Made by a program: the position numbers and the translations under genes. This document shows positions 37,095 through 48,068 of a stretch of 64,000 nucleotides of DNA, piece by piece. Position 1 is the stretch's first letter; each line of letters opens with the position of its first letter. The notes below the pieces were generated by a model, which did not search any database, was not told where the DNA came from, and saw only the letters and a program-made list of their open reading frames with translations. Source of the stretch: Polyangiales bacterium (GTDB lineage Bacteria > Myxococcota_A > Polyangia > Polyangiales > Ga0077539); contig JBGARZ010000001.1 in the NCBI GenBank assembly GCA_044229975.1, forward strand, positions 1,024,001 through 1,088,000, read 5' to 3'.

Positions 37095-38324
37095 TCACGC
37101 ACCGGTGCGGCGACGACGGACGAACGCCGCCGCGAAGCCCAGCACCAGCACACCGACGACGCCGCGCGGGGCGCCGCTACGGCCCGGCGACGTGGCGCAC
37201 TCCAGGCCGCGCGCGGAGGTGTCGGTGCCGCTGTAGAAGCCGTCGTCGGTCACGCACGGCGGACGGTTGAGCAGGCGCCCTGCCTGAAAGGACGGCGTCA
37301 GCTCGCCGGCCGACGACGACTGGAGCTGGAGGTCGCGGTCGAGCGCGCCCGCGGGGAGATCGGCGCGCAGCCGCGTCACCCACGGAGTCGAGAGCCCGGC
37401 GACGGCGACGCCCCAGTCGGCCGCGGTGGACTCGTTGAAGCGGAAGTTGTTGGCGTACTGGTCGGCGTGGCGGGCCGACTCGGTGACCCACGCGCGACCG
37501 CCCGACGGGGCGATGGCGGCGCGAAACATCGCGGGGTAGTTGCTCTGGCTGGTGGCGTAGTCCCACGACACGTTGGCGCGATCGACGAGGGCGTTGGGGA
37601 AGTTCATCGCCTCGGAGCGCCCCTCCATGAAGACGAAGAGCGAGATGCCGACCTTGTCGGCGATGCCCGCGCTCACCATGCGCAGCGGGAGCACCGGCGA
37701 CGGCGTGGCGAAGCGCACCCGGATGGGCTGCATCGCCTGGATGCCCTCCATCGGGCGCAGCCGCAGCGCGATGAAGTCCATGCGCAGGTCGGTGTAGTGG
37801 CGGATGACGGGCTCGATGGACGACGGGATGACGTAGCTGTTGGCGCGCAGCCAGGTGGAGAGCGCGTCGGCGTCGGTGCTGCGCAGGGTGACGGTCTGGT
37901 ACGGGCCCACGACCTCGGTGCGAATCACCTCCACTCCGCCGTTTTCGAAGCGGCTGGAAGTGGCGTCCGACGCGAAGAGCCCGCGCCCGGAGGAGGGACA
38001 GCTCTGCGCAGGGGCGGTGACCGTGGGCGCCGTCACCTGGCCGAGCAGATCGAAGAAGGCCGCATCGGCGAGCTCGACCCGCGCGTCACCCTGGACGGGA
38101 AGCACCCAGGAGAAGTCCTCCGGGCGGCCGGAGTAGCGGATCTGGTCCCAGAGAATCGACTCGCTCGCGTGGATGGCCATGACCATCAGGTGGTCGGTGA
38201 CGACCTGGTTGGTCTCCGACGGAGCGAAGCACCCGCCACAGGCGTCGGCGGTGTTGCCCGAGAGGGTCGGCAGGCCGAGGGCAGCGACAACGACAAGCGC
38301 GCGAGTCCAGGTCGAGGGGGTCAT
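37095..38324 (-). CDS. DUF2330-like secreted protein with MYXO-CTERM-like tail
   Basis: ADACGGCF N-terminus, FSWVLPV, VGPY, L..WL..N.Y, LPLRM; C-terminal C...TM-RRRR. Confidence 0.8.
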   Translation of the reverse strand: MTPSTWTRALVVVAALGLPTLSGNTADACGGCFAPSETNQVVTDHLMVMAIHASESILWDQIRYSGRPEDFSWVLPVQGDARVELADAAFFDLLGQVTAPTVTAPAQSCPSSGRGLFASDATSSRFENGGVEVIRTEVVGPYQTVTLRSTDADALSTWLRANSYVIPSSIEPVIRHYTDLRMDFIALRLRPMEGIQAMQPIRVRFATPSPVLPLRMVSAGIADKVGISLFVFMEGRSEAMNFPNALVDRANVSWDYATSQSNYPAMFRAAIAPSGGRAWVTESARHADQYANNFRFNESTAADWGVAVAGLSTPWVTRLRADLPAGALDRDLQLQSSSAGELTPSFQAGRLLNRPPCVTDDGFYSGTDTSARGLECATSPGRSGAPRGVVGVLVLGFAAAFVRRRRTGA

Positions 38325-38495
38325 GGGGTGGTCCTTGAGTGCAATGGATGCTCCAACCGCGCGCGAAACTCAAACCGCGGGAAACGACGGGGAGACGTGG
38401 GACGGACTGTGCCACGGAGGCTCTGCCGTGACTGTGGGTCACACGGGTCGATCGCTACCCTCGGTTGCCCGAATCGGACTACACCCGACGGCGCC

Positions 38496-39920
38496 ATGAC
38501 CGACGCCGTGCTGCGATTCGTTCCGCCTGCGCCGAAGCCGATGTCCGTGTCGGAGCTCAACCGGACGGCGCGCGACACGCTCGACCAGAAGTTTGCGGTC
38601 CCCGTGTGGGTCGAAGGGGAGATCTCCTCGGCCAAGCTCGTCGCCTCGGGGCACCTCTACTTCGAGCTCAAGGACGAGCGCGAAGACGCCCGCCTCACCT
38701 GTGTGATGTGGAAGGGCAGCCTCGCCAAGGTGCGCGCCAAGATGACCGTCGGGGAGAAGATCCTCCTGCGCGGAAAGCCCACCGTCTACGGACCGCGCGG
38801 GCAGTTTCAGTTCGTCGGCGACACCGCGATGGCAGCGGGCGCCGGAGCAGCCGCCGCCGCCTTCGAGGCCCTCAAGGAGAAGCTCCGCGCCGAAGGTCTC
38901 TTCGACGACGAACGCAAGCGCCGCGTGCCCCGCTTTCCCCGCGTCATCGGCGTGGTGACCAGCCCATCGGGCGCCGCGCTGCAGGACATCCTGAAGGTGC
39001 TCACCGCGCGCTGGCCGGTGCGCGTGGTGGTCGCCCCGACGCTGGTGCAGGGCGCCGAAGCTCCGGCGCAGATCGCGCGCGCCATCGTCAACGTGCAGAA
39101 GCTGCGGGCGCTCGACGTGGTCATCGTCGGGCGCGGCGGCGGGGCGAGCGAAGACCTCGCGGCCTTCAACGACGAGCGCGTGGCGAGGGCCATCGCGACG
39201 TGTCGGGTGCCCGTGGTGTCGGCCGTCGGTCATCAGGTCGACCACACGCTGGCAGACCTCGTCGCCGACCTGCGCGCGGCCACGCCCACCGACGCCGCCG
39301 CCCTCTGCACGCCGGTCATGGCCGAGGAGCGCGACCGGCTCGACGGCTTCGAGCGGCGCCTCCAGAGCTCGCTCTCGGCGAAGATCAACGCCCTCGGCGT
39401 GCGGCTCCACCGCCTCCAGCCGAAGGATCCGCACCGCCTCATCAACGACCGCCGACAGCGCCTCGACCAGCTCATGGAGCGCGCGGGCGACCTCCTGCGC
39501 CGACGCCTCGTCACGCAGCGCAACGCGCTCACCCGCTTCGACAAGCGCCTCGAAGGCAACCACCCCGCGGCGCGACTCGCGGTGCATCGCGCGAAGTTGC
39601 AGCGGCTCGAAGCGCGCCTCGTGCCAGCGATGCAGCACCGCGCCGAGCGACGCGCGACGCAGCTCCGCGAGCTCCGCGGGCGCCTCGACCGCAGCGCGCG
39701 TGCGCTTGTCGGCCGTGACAAGAATCGGTTCGGCCTCAACCTGCAGAAGCTCAATGTGCTTTCGCCGCTGAAGATTCTGGAGCGCGGGTACAGCGTGACG
39801 CTGCATGAGGATGAGGCGCTCATCGACGCGTCCACGGTGAAGTCGGGCGACGCGATCCATGTGCGGCTGCACCACGGCAGCCTCGACGCGACCGTCACCG
39901 CGACGCACCCGAAGACGTGA
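38496..39920 (+). CDS. xseA: Exodeoxyribonuclease VII large subunit
   Basis: SVSELN, WVEGEIS, SGHLYFELKD, GVVTSPSGAA, RGGGASEDL.AFNDE, SAVGH..D, A.TPT, LSPL.ILERGYS. Confidence 0.96.
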   Translation: MTDAVLRFVPPAPKPMSVSELNRTARDTLDQKFAVPVWVEGEISSAKLVASGHLYFELKDEREDARLTCVMWKGSLAKVRAKMTVGEKILLRGKPTVYGPRGQFQFVGDTAMAAGAGAAAAAFEALKEKLRAEGLFDDERKRRVPRFPRVIGVVTSPSGAALQDILKVLTARWPVRVVVAPTLVQGAEAPAQIARAIVNVQKLRALDVVIVGRGGGASEDLAAFNDERVARAIATCRVPVVSAVGHQVDHTLADLVADLRAATPTDAAALCTPVMAEERDRLDGFERRLQSSLSAKINALGVRLHRLQPKDPHRLINDRRQRLDQLMERAGDLLRRRLVTQRNALTRFDKRLEGNHPAARLAVHRAKLQRLEARLVPAMQHRAERRATQLRELRGRLDRSARALVGRDKNRFGLNLQKLNVLSPLKILERGYSVTLHEDEALIDASTVKSGDAIHVRLHHGSLDATVTATHPKT

Positions 39921-39921
39921 C

Positions 39922-40029
39922 GTCCACCCCTTTCAAGGTCGCTACGCCCGCCGACCGGCCGGGGTGCAGGCGCGGGACGCGACCAACCCCGGCCGGTCGG
40001 CGGGCGTAGCGACCTTGAAAGGGGTGGAC
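39922..40029. repeat. Perfect 44-bp inverted repeat (39922-39965 / 39986-40029) with a 20-nt spacer
   Basis: gtccacccctttcaaggtcgctacgcccgccgaccggccggggt is the exact reverse complement of accccggccggtcggcgggcgtagcgaccttgaaaggggtggac. Confidence 0.95.
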
Positions 40030-40845
40030 ATCACGGCGCGGCTGGCGTTGCTGGGTCACCCGGTGGCGCACTCGCGTTCGCCTGCGATGATGACGGCGGC
40101 CTTCCGCGCGCGGGGCATCGACGCGAGCTACGAGCTGCGCGACACGCCACCGGGGACGCTCGACGCCGCGCTCGCGGCGCTATGGGACGAGGGGTTCGTG
40201 GGGGCGAACGTGACGGTTCCGTGGAAGGCGGAGGTGCGTGCGCGGATCGCGACGGTGGACGAGGCGGCGGCGCGGTGCGGCGCTGTGAATACGCTGGTGC
40301 GTGGCGCGGCGGGCTTCGAGGGGACCAACACCGACGTAGCGGGGTTCACGCGGGCGCTCGCGGAAGCGGGGGTTGCGCTGGCGGGTGAGCGGGTGGTGGT
40401 GATCGGCGCGGGCGGCGCGGCGCGAGCGGTGGTGGCGGCGGCGTTGGCGGGCGGAGCGACGGTGACGGTGCTGGCGCGCGACGCGGCGCGGGCGGCCGAC
40501 GTGGGGACGACGGCGGGCTTCGGCAGCGACGCGGCGCGGGCGGCGTTGGCAGCGTGCACGCTGCTGGTGCAGGCGACGCCGTGCGGGATGGAGGGTGGTC
40601 CGCCGGGCGCGGCGGTGGTGGCGGCGGTGGAGCTCGCGGCGTGTGCACCGGGCGCGAAGGCGGCGGACCTGGTGTACGTGCCGCGCGAGACCGAGTGGAT
40701 GCGGGCGGCGCGCGCGGCGGGGCTGCGGGTGCTCAATGGGGTCGGCGCGGGGATGCTGGTGCACCAGGGGGCGGCGGCGTTTGAGCGGTGGTTCGGCGGG
40801 GTCGCGCCGGTCGAGGCGATGCGAGGGGCGCTGGGTCGGACGTAG
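40024..40845 (+). CDS. aroE: Shikimate dehydrogenase (start approximate)
   Basis: LGHPVAHSRSP, GANVTVPWK, GAVNT, NTD, IGAGGAARA, DLVYVP..T, MLVHQG. Confidence 0.93.
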   Translation: MDITARLALLGHPVAHSRSPAMMTAAFRARGIDASYELRDTPPGTLDAALAALWDEGFVGANVTVPWKAEVRARIATVDEAAARCGAVNTLVRGAAGFEGTNTDVAGFTRALAEAGVALAGERVVVIGAGGAARAVVAAALAGGATVTVLARDAARAADVGTTAGFGSDAARAALAACTLLVQATPCGMEGGPPGAAVVAAVELAACAPGAKAADLVYVPRETEWMRAARAAGLRVLNGVGAGMLVHQGAAAFERWFGGVAPVEAMRGALGRT

Positions 40846-40861
40846 GGGCGAGCGCGTGGGC

Positions 40862-40943
40862 CCGCGGTCGTCGGGGCCCACGCCGCGGCGTCAGCGCGGC
40901 GCGCGACGGTCGGGTCCGCGGTCGTCGGGGCCCACGCCGCGGC
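40862..40943. repeat. Two exact 28-bp direct repeats, each self-complementary (REP-like)
   Basis: ccgcggtcgtcggggcccacgccgcggc at 40862-40889 and 40916-40943. Confidence 0.88.
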
Positions 40944-40961
40944 CCTCGCGGATCGCGTCGA

Positions 40962-41114
40962 AGAGGGGTGGGGTCTCTTTGAACGATGCGCGGTGTCGCC
41001 AATAGAGGGGTGGGGGTCTCTCCAACCGATGCAACCCATCGCTTGGAGAGGGGTGGGGGCCTCTTTGAACGATGCAACCCATCGCCAATAGAGGGGTGGG
41101 GGTCTCTCCAACCG
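40962..41114. repeat. Tandem array of about 3.5 units of 42-43 bp (units start at 40962, 41004, 41047, 41090)
   Basis: Each unit begins agaggggtgggg(g)(t/c)ctct and continues with ttgaacgatgc or ccaaccg(atgc) alternately. Confidence 0.88.
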
Positions 41115-41120
41115 GCGATG

Positions 41121-42212
41121 TCAGCGCTGCGCGCCCCGATGCGGGGCCCGCGGCGCCCGCGGTCGTGCTCTCACCGGAGCAGCGGGCGCGGTCTCTGGCG
41201 CCACCACCGCCGCCGTCGCGACCGACTGCGTACGACCGAGCCGGTACACACCCATCGTAAACGCCAGCAGCGCCAACCCCGCGAGCACCACAGTGCTCCA
41301 GCGCGGCGGAAACGGCGCGGGCCCTCTCGCGACGGCGTTGGACGGCTCGCGCAACGCGTTGGCCAGCAGCGCCACGAAGGCGCCCGCCGACGCGGGTCGC
41401 TCGCTCGCTCGACGCGCAAGCCCCATGGCGAAGACCTCGTCGACGCGCCCGTTGAGCGCCGGGCGGAGCGTCGACGGCGCGACGAGCGCGTCGTGCACCA
41501 CCGAGTACGAGACGCGCACCGCGTCGTCGCCCGGAAAGGGCCGCGTCCCGGTGAGCGCCTCGAAGAGAACCGACGCCAGCGAGTACACGTCCCCGCGCGG
41601 GCTGTACTCGCCCTTGGTGATGGCCTCCGGGGGCGCGTAGGCGGGCGTTCCGAGAAACTGCCCGTCGCGGGTGAGCGTCGCATCGGGGACGCGCGCGATG
41701 CCGAGGTCGGTGAGCTTCACCGCGCCGTCGGGTCCGAGGAGGATGTTGTCCGGCTTGATGTCGCGGTGGACGATGCCCGCGCCATGGAGCGCATCGAGCG
41801 CCGAGCCCACGCCGCGTGCGATGCGCAGCACCTCGCGCAACGGAACCTGTCCCTCCTCGACGAGCTCGCGGAGGTTGCGCCCCGGCACGTACTCGTAGAC
41901 GACATACGGACCGAGGTTGGGGCACTCACCCGCGTCGTGGACGATGACGACGTGCGGGTGGTGGAAGCGCGCCGCCGCCCGCATCTCGTTGCGGAAGCGG
42001 GCGACGTGGGCGTCGCGGAGGTTGCCTTCGCGGAGCACCTTCACCGCGACGTCGCGCTGGAGGTCAGCGTCGTGGGCGAGCAGCACGCGTCCCATGGCAC
42101 CCGCACCAAGAGGCCGCAGAACGCGGTAGCGCCCGATGCGCGTCGGCGTGTCCGTGGCCACCGCGCCGCCGCGAGGCTCCGGGTCGATGGGGTGCGTGGC
42201 GAGCTCGGACAT
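41121..42212 (-). CDS. Ser/Thr protein kinase with TM segment
   Basis: LGAGAMGRV, VAVK, HRDIKPDN, DLG, GTPAYAPPE. Confidence 0.92.
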   Translation of the reverse strand: MSELATHPIDPEPRGGAVATDTPTRIGRYRVLRPLGAGAMGRVLLAHDADLQRDVAVKVLREGNLRDAHVARFRNEMRAAARFHHPHVVIVHDAGECPNLGPYVVYEYVPGRNLRELVEEGQVPLREVLRIARGVGSALDALHGAGIVHRDIKPDNILLGPDGAVKLTDLGIARVPDATLTRDGQFLGTPAYAPPEAITKGEYSPRGDVYSLASVLFEALTGTRPFPGDDAVRVSYSVVHDALVAPSTLRPALNGRVDEVFAMGLARRASERPASAGAFVALLANALREPSNAVARGPAPFPPRWSTVVLAGLALLAFTMGVYRLGRTQSVATAAVVAPETAPAAPVRARPRAPRAPHRGAQR

Positions 42213-42268
42213 GCGGGCCGCGGGAGTCTATGCCGCGCTCACAAAGCGGTCGAGAAACGGCCCACCGC

Positions 42269-42940
42269 TCACCTCCGCCTCACCTCCGCCACCCTCCCCC
42301 GTTCGAGCGTCACGCGGACGTCCGCGACCCGCTCGGCGAAGCCCGCGTCGTGGGTCACCACCACCACGATGCGCTTCCGCGACCGCGCCCGCGCGATGTC
42401 CTCTTCGAGCACCGCCACCGAGCGCGCGTCGAGCCCAGTCGTCGGCTCGTCGAAGAGCACCAGCGTCGGGTCGTGCAGCTCGGCCCGCGCCACCGCCAGC
42501 CGCTGCAACTGCCCGCGCGAAAATGTGCGCGCCGCCCGATCACCCAGCGCCTTCAGGCCCGCCCGATCGAGCACCGCCTCGATGCGCTCCTTCGGGTCGT
42601 CGAGCCCGTGCAGCGAGGCCATCAGCGCGAGCGACTCGCGCGGCGTGAGGTCGGGGTAGACCATCGCCTCGTGCGCGACGAGACCGACCGACGCGCGGAT
42701 GGCGGCGCGGTCTTCGGGCATGCGGTAGTCGCCCCAGCGAACCTCTCCGGCGGTGGGGCGCGAGAGCGTCGCGAGGATGCTCAGCAGGGTGCTCTTGCCG
42801 GCGCCGTTGCCGCCTTCGAGGGAGGCCACCTCGCCCGCGCGGAAGGTGACGGTCACGCCCGCGAGCGCGCGGGTCACGCCAAACACGCGGGTGACCTTGT
42901 CGACGTCCACGGTGTCGAAGCGCGCGCGAGGGGTGACCAT
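42269..42940 (-). CDS. ccmA: ABC ATPase, haem exporter CcmA-like
   Basis: GGNGAGKST, VGLVAHEAMVYPDLT..E, FSRGQLQR, LFDEP, VTHD; short length and the H..Y.LT pattern fit CcmA. Confidence 0.7.
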   Translation of the reverse strand: MVTPRARFDTVDVDKVTRVFGVTRALAGVTVTFRAGEVASLEGGNGAGKSTLLSILATLSRPTAGEVRWGDYRMPEDRAAIRASVGLVAHEAMVYPDLTPRESLALMASLHGLDDPKERIEAVLDRAGLKALGDRAARTFSRGQLQRLAVARAELHDPTLVLFDEPTTGLDARSVAVLEEDIARARSRKRIVVVVTHDAGFAERVADVRVTLERGRVAEVRRR

Positions 42941-43002
42941 CAGGGCGGCGCATCCTACGCCGCTTGCGGGCGCCGGGGCGTTGATGCATAGGTCGGCGCG
43001 CC

Positions 43003-43463
43003 ATGACGACCACGGTGAACTGCATCAAGTGCAACGAGGAGAAGCCCGCGCTCGCCGCCCCGCCGTTTCGCGCGGGCACCAAGCTCGGTGACCTGGGGGC
43101 GGAGATCCAGCAGAAGATCTGCGGCGCCTGCTACAAGGACTGGATCGCGATGAGCGTGAAGCTCGTCAACGAGCTGCGCCTCGACACCACCGACCCGCGC
43201 GGCCAGGAACTCTGGCTGAAGCAGATGAAGGTGTTCTTGAACCTCGATACGGCGAGTGATCCGTGGGCGCGTCACCTCGACAAGCGCGTGGTCATCGAGA
43301 CCGCCGACGGTCGCACGATCAACGCGACGCTCATCGGCGCCGACGATCACCGGCTCACCTTCTCGGACTTCGACGACGGCATCCCCGCGGGCTTCGCCAC
43401 CGGCGCCAACAAGGGCGCCGCCACCCTCGGCCGCGACGCCATCAAGACCGTCGAACCGGCCGC

Positions 43464-43467
<4 letters not shown>
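43003..43467 (+). CDS. YggX/Fe(II)-trafficking-like domain fused to an Sm/LSm-like domain
   Basis: N-terminal V.C...P...LG.EI..IC...W....LVNE.RL...P.....L..M..FL matches the YggX pattern; C-terminal HLDKRVVIETADGRTINATLIGAD resembles the Sm1 motif. Confidence 0.7.
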
Positions 43468-44363
<896 letters not shown>

Positions 44364-44399
44364 GGCCTCTCGCGATCTATACTGCGCGCCGCGAACCCA

Positions 44400-45593
<1,194 letters not shown>

Positions 45594-45631
45594 GGGTTGA
45601 CGCCGCGGGGCGGTGGGCGGCACATCGGGGG

Positions 45632-46351
45632 ATGCGCGGCTTCCTTCTGCTGTCGGGGTTGATCGGGGTGATGGCGTGCGCGTCGCGCGTGTCGTCGACG
45701 GAGGCGGACGTCGGTGTGACGCCGGCGGACGTGGCGACGGTCGGCGAAGGCGGGCCGTGCGCGGCGGGGATGGTCTACGTGTACGCGCCGGGGTGTGACG
45801 CGCCGACGGGGCGCTGCGTGACCGAGGTGACGGACGCAGGCGCGATTCCGCAGATGGGTTTCTGCGGGTGTGATGGCGAGGTGTTCTACGACTCGACGGG
45901 GGCGCGACGGCCGATTCGATCGGCGGGGCTGTGTCCCGCTCGGGATGCGGGGATCGATGCGGGCAGCGCGGACGTGAGCTTGGACGTTGGCGTCGATGCA
46001 GGCAGCGCCGACGTGGGTGTCGATGCAGGCAGCGCCGACGTGGGCGTCGATGCGGGCGGCGACGTGGCGCCAGATTGCTCCGCCGGGCCAAACGACTGGC
46101 GCAACTGCGGGGGCTGCGGCGTGGTGTGTTGCGGGGGTTGGTGCTTCGACGGCCGGTGTGGGACCGAGGGCCCTCCGGGGACGACCTCGTGCCCGAGCAC
46201 CGAGGCGTACCGGATGCGTTACGGGTGCATCGGACCGATCCCGGTGCAGCCGGCCTACGACCCCAACAACTGCGGCGGCTGTGGCGTGCGATGTGAGACC
46301 GGGATGGCCTGCTCCAGCGGCCGCTGCGTGGCGATGACGGACGGGGGTTGA
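45632..46351 (+). CDS. Cys-rich lipoprotein (D..NCGGCG..C repeats)
   Basis: Lipobox VMAC; FCGCDG; two NCGGCG repeats; GVDAGSADV linker repeats. Confidence 0.75.
   Translation: MRGFLLLSGLIGVMACASRVSSTEADVGVTPADVATVGEGGPCAAGMVYVYAPGCDAPTGRCVTEVTDAGAIPQMGFCGCDGEVFYDSTGARRPIRSAGLCPARDAGIDAGSADVSLDVGVDAGSADVGVDAGSADVGVDAGGDVAPDCSAGPNDWRNCGGCGVVCCGGWCFDGRCGTEGPPGTTSCPSTEAYRMRYGCIGPIPVQPAYDPNNCGGCGVRCETGMACSSGRCVAMTDGG
45992..46053. repeat. 27-bp in-frame tandem repeat (VDAGSADVG), about 2.3 copies, with a degenerate copy upstream
   Basis: gtcgatgcaggcagcgccgacgtggg(t/c) repeated. Confidence 0.85.
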
Positions 46352-46393
46352 AGAGCGATCGCCCGCAGCAGGTCGACGAGGAACCGGAGACCG

Positions 46394-47857
46394 TTACCCT
46401 CCCACCAGCGCCTCGTGCTCCACCTCATCGCGTGAGTCGACGCGGCGGCGGTCCGACGTTGCCGTGACGGGAGCCCGCCACGCCCCGCGGGTCCAGCGCC
46501 ACCAGAGCAGCGACGCGCCAAACGTCGTCTCGCCGACGAAGCCCAGCCAGCCGCCCACGACGCCCAGTCCGAGCTCGCGCCCGAAGAGCCACGCCGCGCA
46601 CGGGATGCACGTCCACATCGTCGCGATGCCGACCGTCGCGGCGAAGCGCACGTCCTTGGCGCCGCGCAGCGCCCCGCGCAGCACGATGTTGGCGCCGTCC
46701 AGCACCTGGAACACGGCAGCCACCACGAGCAGTCGCCGCACCGTCTCGATGAGCAGCGGGTCGTGCGTGAAGAAGCGCGCGATGAGCCCGCCTCCGAACG
46801 CGAACACCACCCCGCACGCCGCCATGAACCCGATGGCCACGGCGAGCGCCGCGCGGGTCATCCGGTCGGCCTCGTCGGCGTCGCCCCGACCGAGCGCGCG
46901 CCCGACCAGCACCGACGCCGCCTCGGACACCGCCACGCCAGGGAGAAACGACGTTCGGATGACGGCGAGCGCCACCTGATGCGCCGCCACCTCCCTCGCG
47001 CCGAGCGACCCGAGGATGGCCGTGAACACCGTGAACGCCAGCGTCTCCAGGCCGAACTGCATCCCCGTCGGGACGCCCACGGCGCACACCTTCCGCAGCG
47101 CCGTCGCGAAGCCCGGCATCGTCGGATCAGGCGACCGCGCGCGCCACGCCGCGACCCACAGCGCGGCCAGCCGCAGGGCGTTGATGCCCTCGGCGATGGC
47201 GGTCGCATAGCCCGCGCCCGCGACACCCAGACGGGGCATCCCGAAGTGCCCGTAGATGAGCACCCACGCGAGGGCCGCGTTGACGACGTTGCCCGAGAGC
47301 GTGACGCGCATGGGGGTCTGGCTGTCGCCCACGCCCTGCCGCCACTGAACCATCGCCGCGAGCAGACAGGTGAGCGGCGCCAGCGTGGTGCGCGCGGCCA
47401 TGAACGAACGCGCGTACGGCACCATCGCCGGGTCGACGTGCAGCGCCCGCAGCGCCCAGGTGATGTCGCGTCCGAAGACGAACACCGCCGCGCCCGCGAG
47501 CACCGCGAGGGCCGCCCCGGCGCGGGCGTACGCGAGGCTGTGTTGGGGGTGAGCCTCGCCGAGGGCGTGCGAGGCGCAGACCTTCACGCCGCGCATGACG
47601 CCGAAGACGATGGCGTAGTTGAGCCACGTCAGCACGGTGGCGACGCCGACGCCGCCGAGCGCGTTGGCGCCGAGTCCGCCGACGAGGGCGGTGTCGACGA
47701 GGCCCATGGCCGTGTCGCCGAGGAGAGCGACCGCGATGGGCCAGGCGAGGTGGACGACCTCGCGGTGGGCGTCCGAGCGGACGACCTCCAGCGAGTGGCG
47801 TCTCAAGCGATGAAGGAGCTGCACGACCGACCGTCTCTTCCAGTGACCACCGACCAT
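46394..47857 (-). CDS. MATE family efflux transporter (start uncertain)
   Basis: LAWPI, GLVDTALVGGLG, QGVGDSQTPM, LGVAGAGYAT, AAHQV, LRGAKD. Confidence 0.92.
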   Translation of the reverse strand: MVGGHWKRRSVVQLLHRLRRHSLEVVRSDAHREVVHLAWPIAVALLGDTAMGLVDTALVGGLGANALGGVGVATVLTWLNYAIVFGVMRGVKVCASHALGEAHPQHSLAYARAGAALAVLAGAAVFVFGRDITWALRALHVDPAMVPYARSFMAARTTLAPLTCLLAAMVQWRQGVGDSQTPMRVTLSGNVVNAALAWVLIYGHFGMPRLGVAGAGYATAIAEGINALRLAALWVAAWRARSPDPTMPGFATALRKVCAVGVPTGMQFGLETLAFTVFTAILGSLGAREVAAHQVALAVIRTSFLPGVAVSEAASVLVGRALGRGDADEADRMTRAALAVAIGFMAACGVVFAFGGGLIARFFTHDPLLIETVRRLLVVAAVFQVLDGANIVLRGALRGAKDVRFAATVGIATMWTCIPCAAWLFGRELGLGVVGGWLGFVGETTFGASLLWWRWTRGAWRAPVTATSDRRRVDSRDEVEHEALVGG

Positions 47858-48068
47858 CCCTCGGTTGAGAGGGTCGCGTGGGTCACTGGTACGACGGCCC
47901 TCTCCTGCTAGCGGACTCCCTTGATGGCGAAGTCGGCCGTGAGCACGCAGCTCGGACGGCACGTCGACATCGGGGAGTGGGTGCAGGGGAAAATCATGAG
48001 CACCACGGGTAGCGCGTTGGTCGATCGCCGGTCAAGCGCGCGGCTGCGTTAGTGTGCGCGCCATCCCC

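Noticed and set aside
40962..41114. Possible mini-CRISPR array
   Set aside because: The intervening segments are near-identical to each other rather than unique spacers, the period is only 42-43 bp, and no cas genes are present
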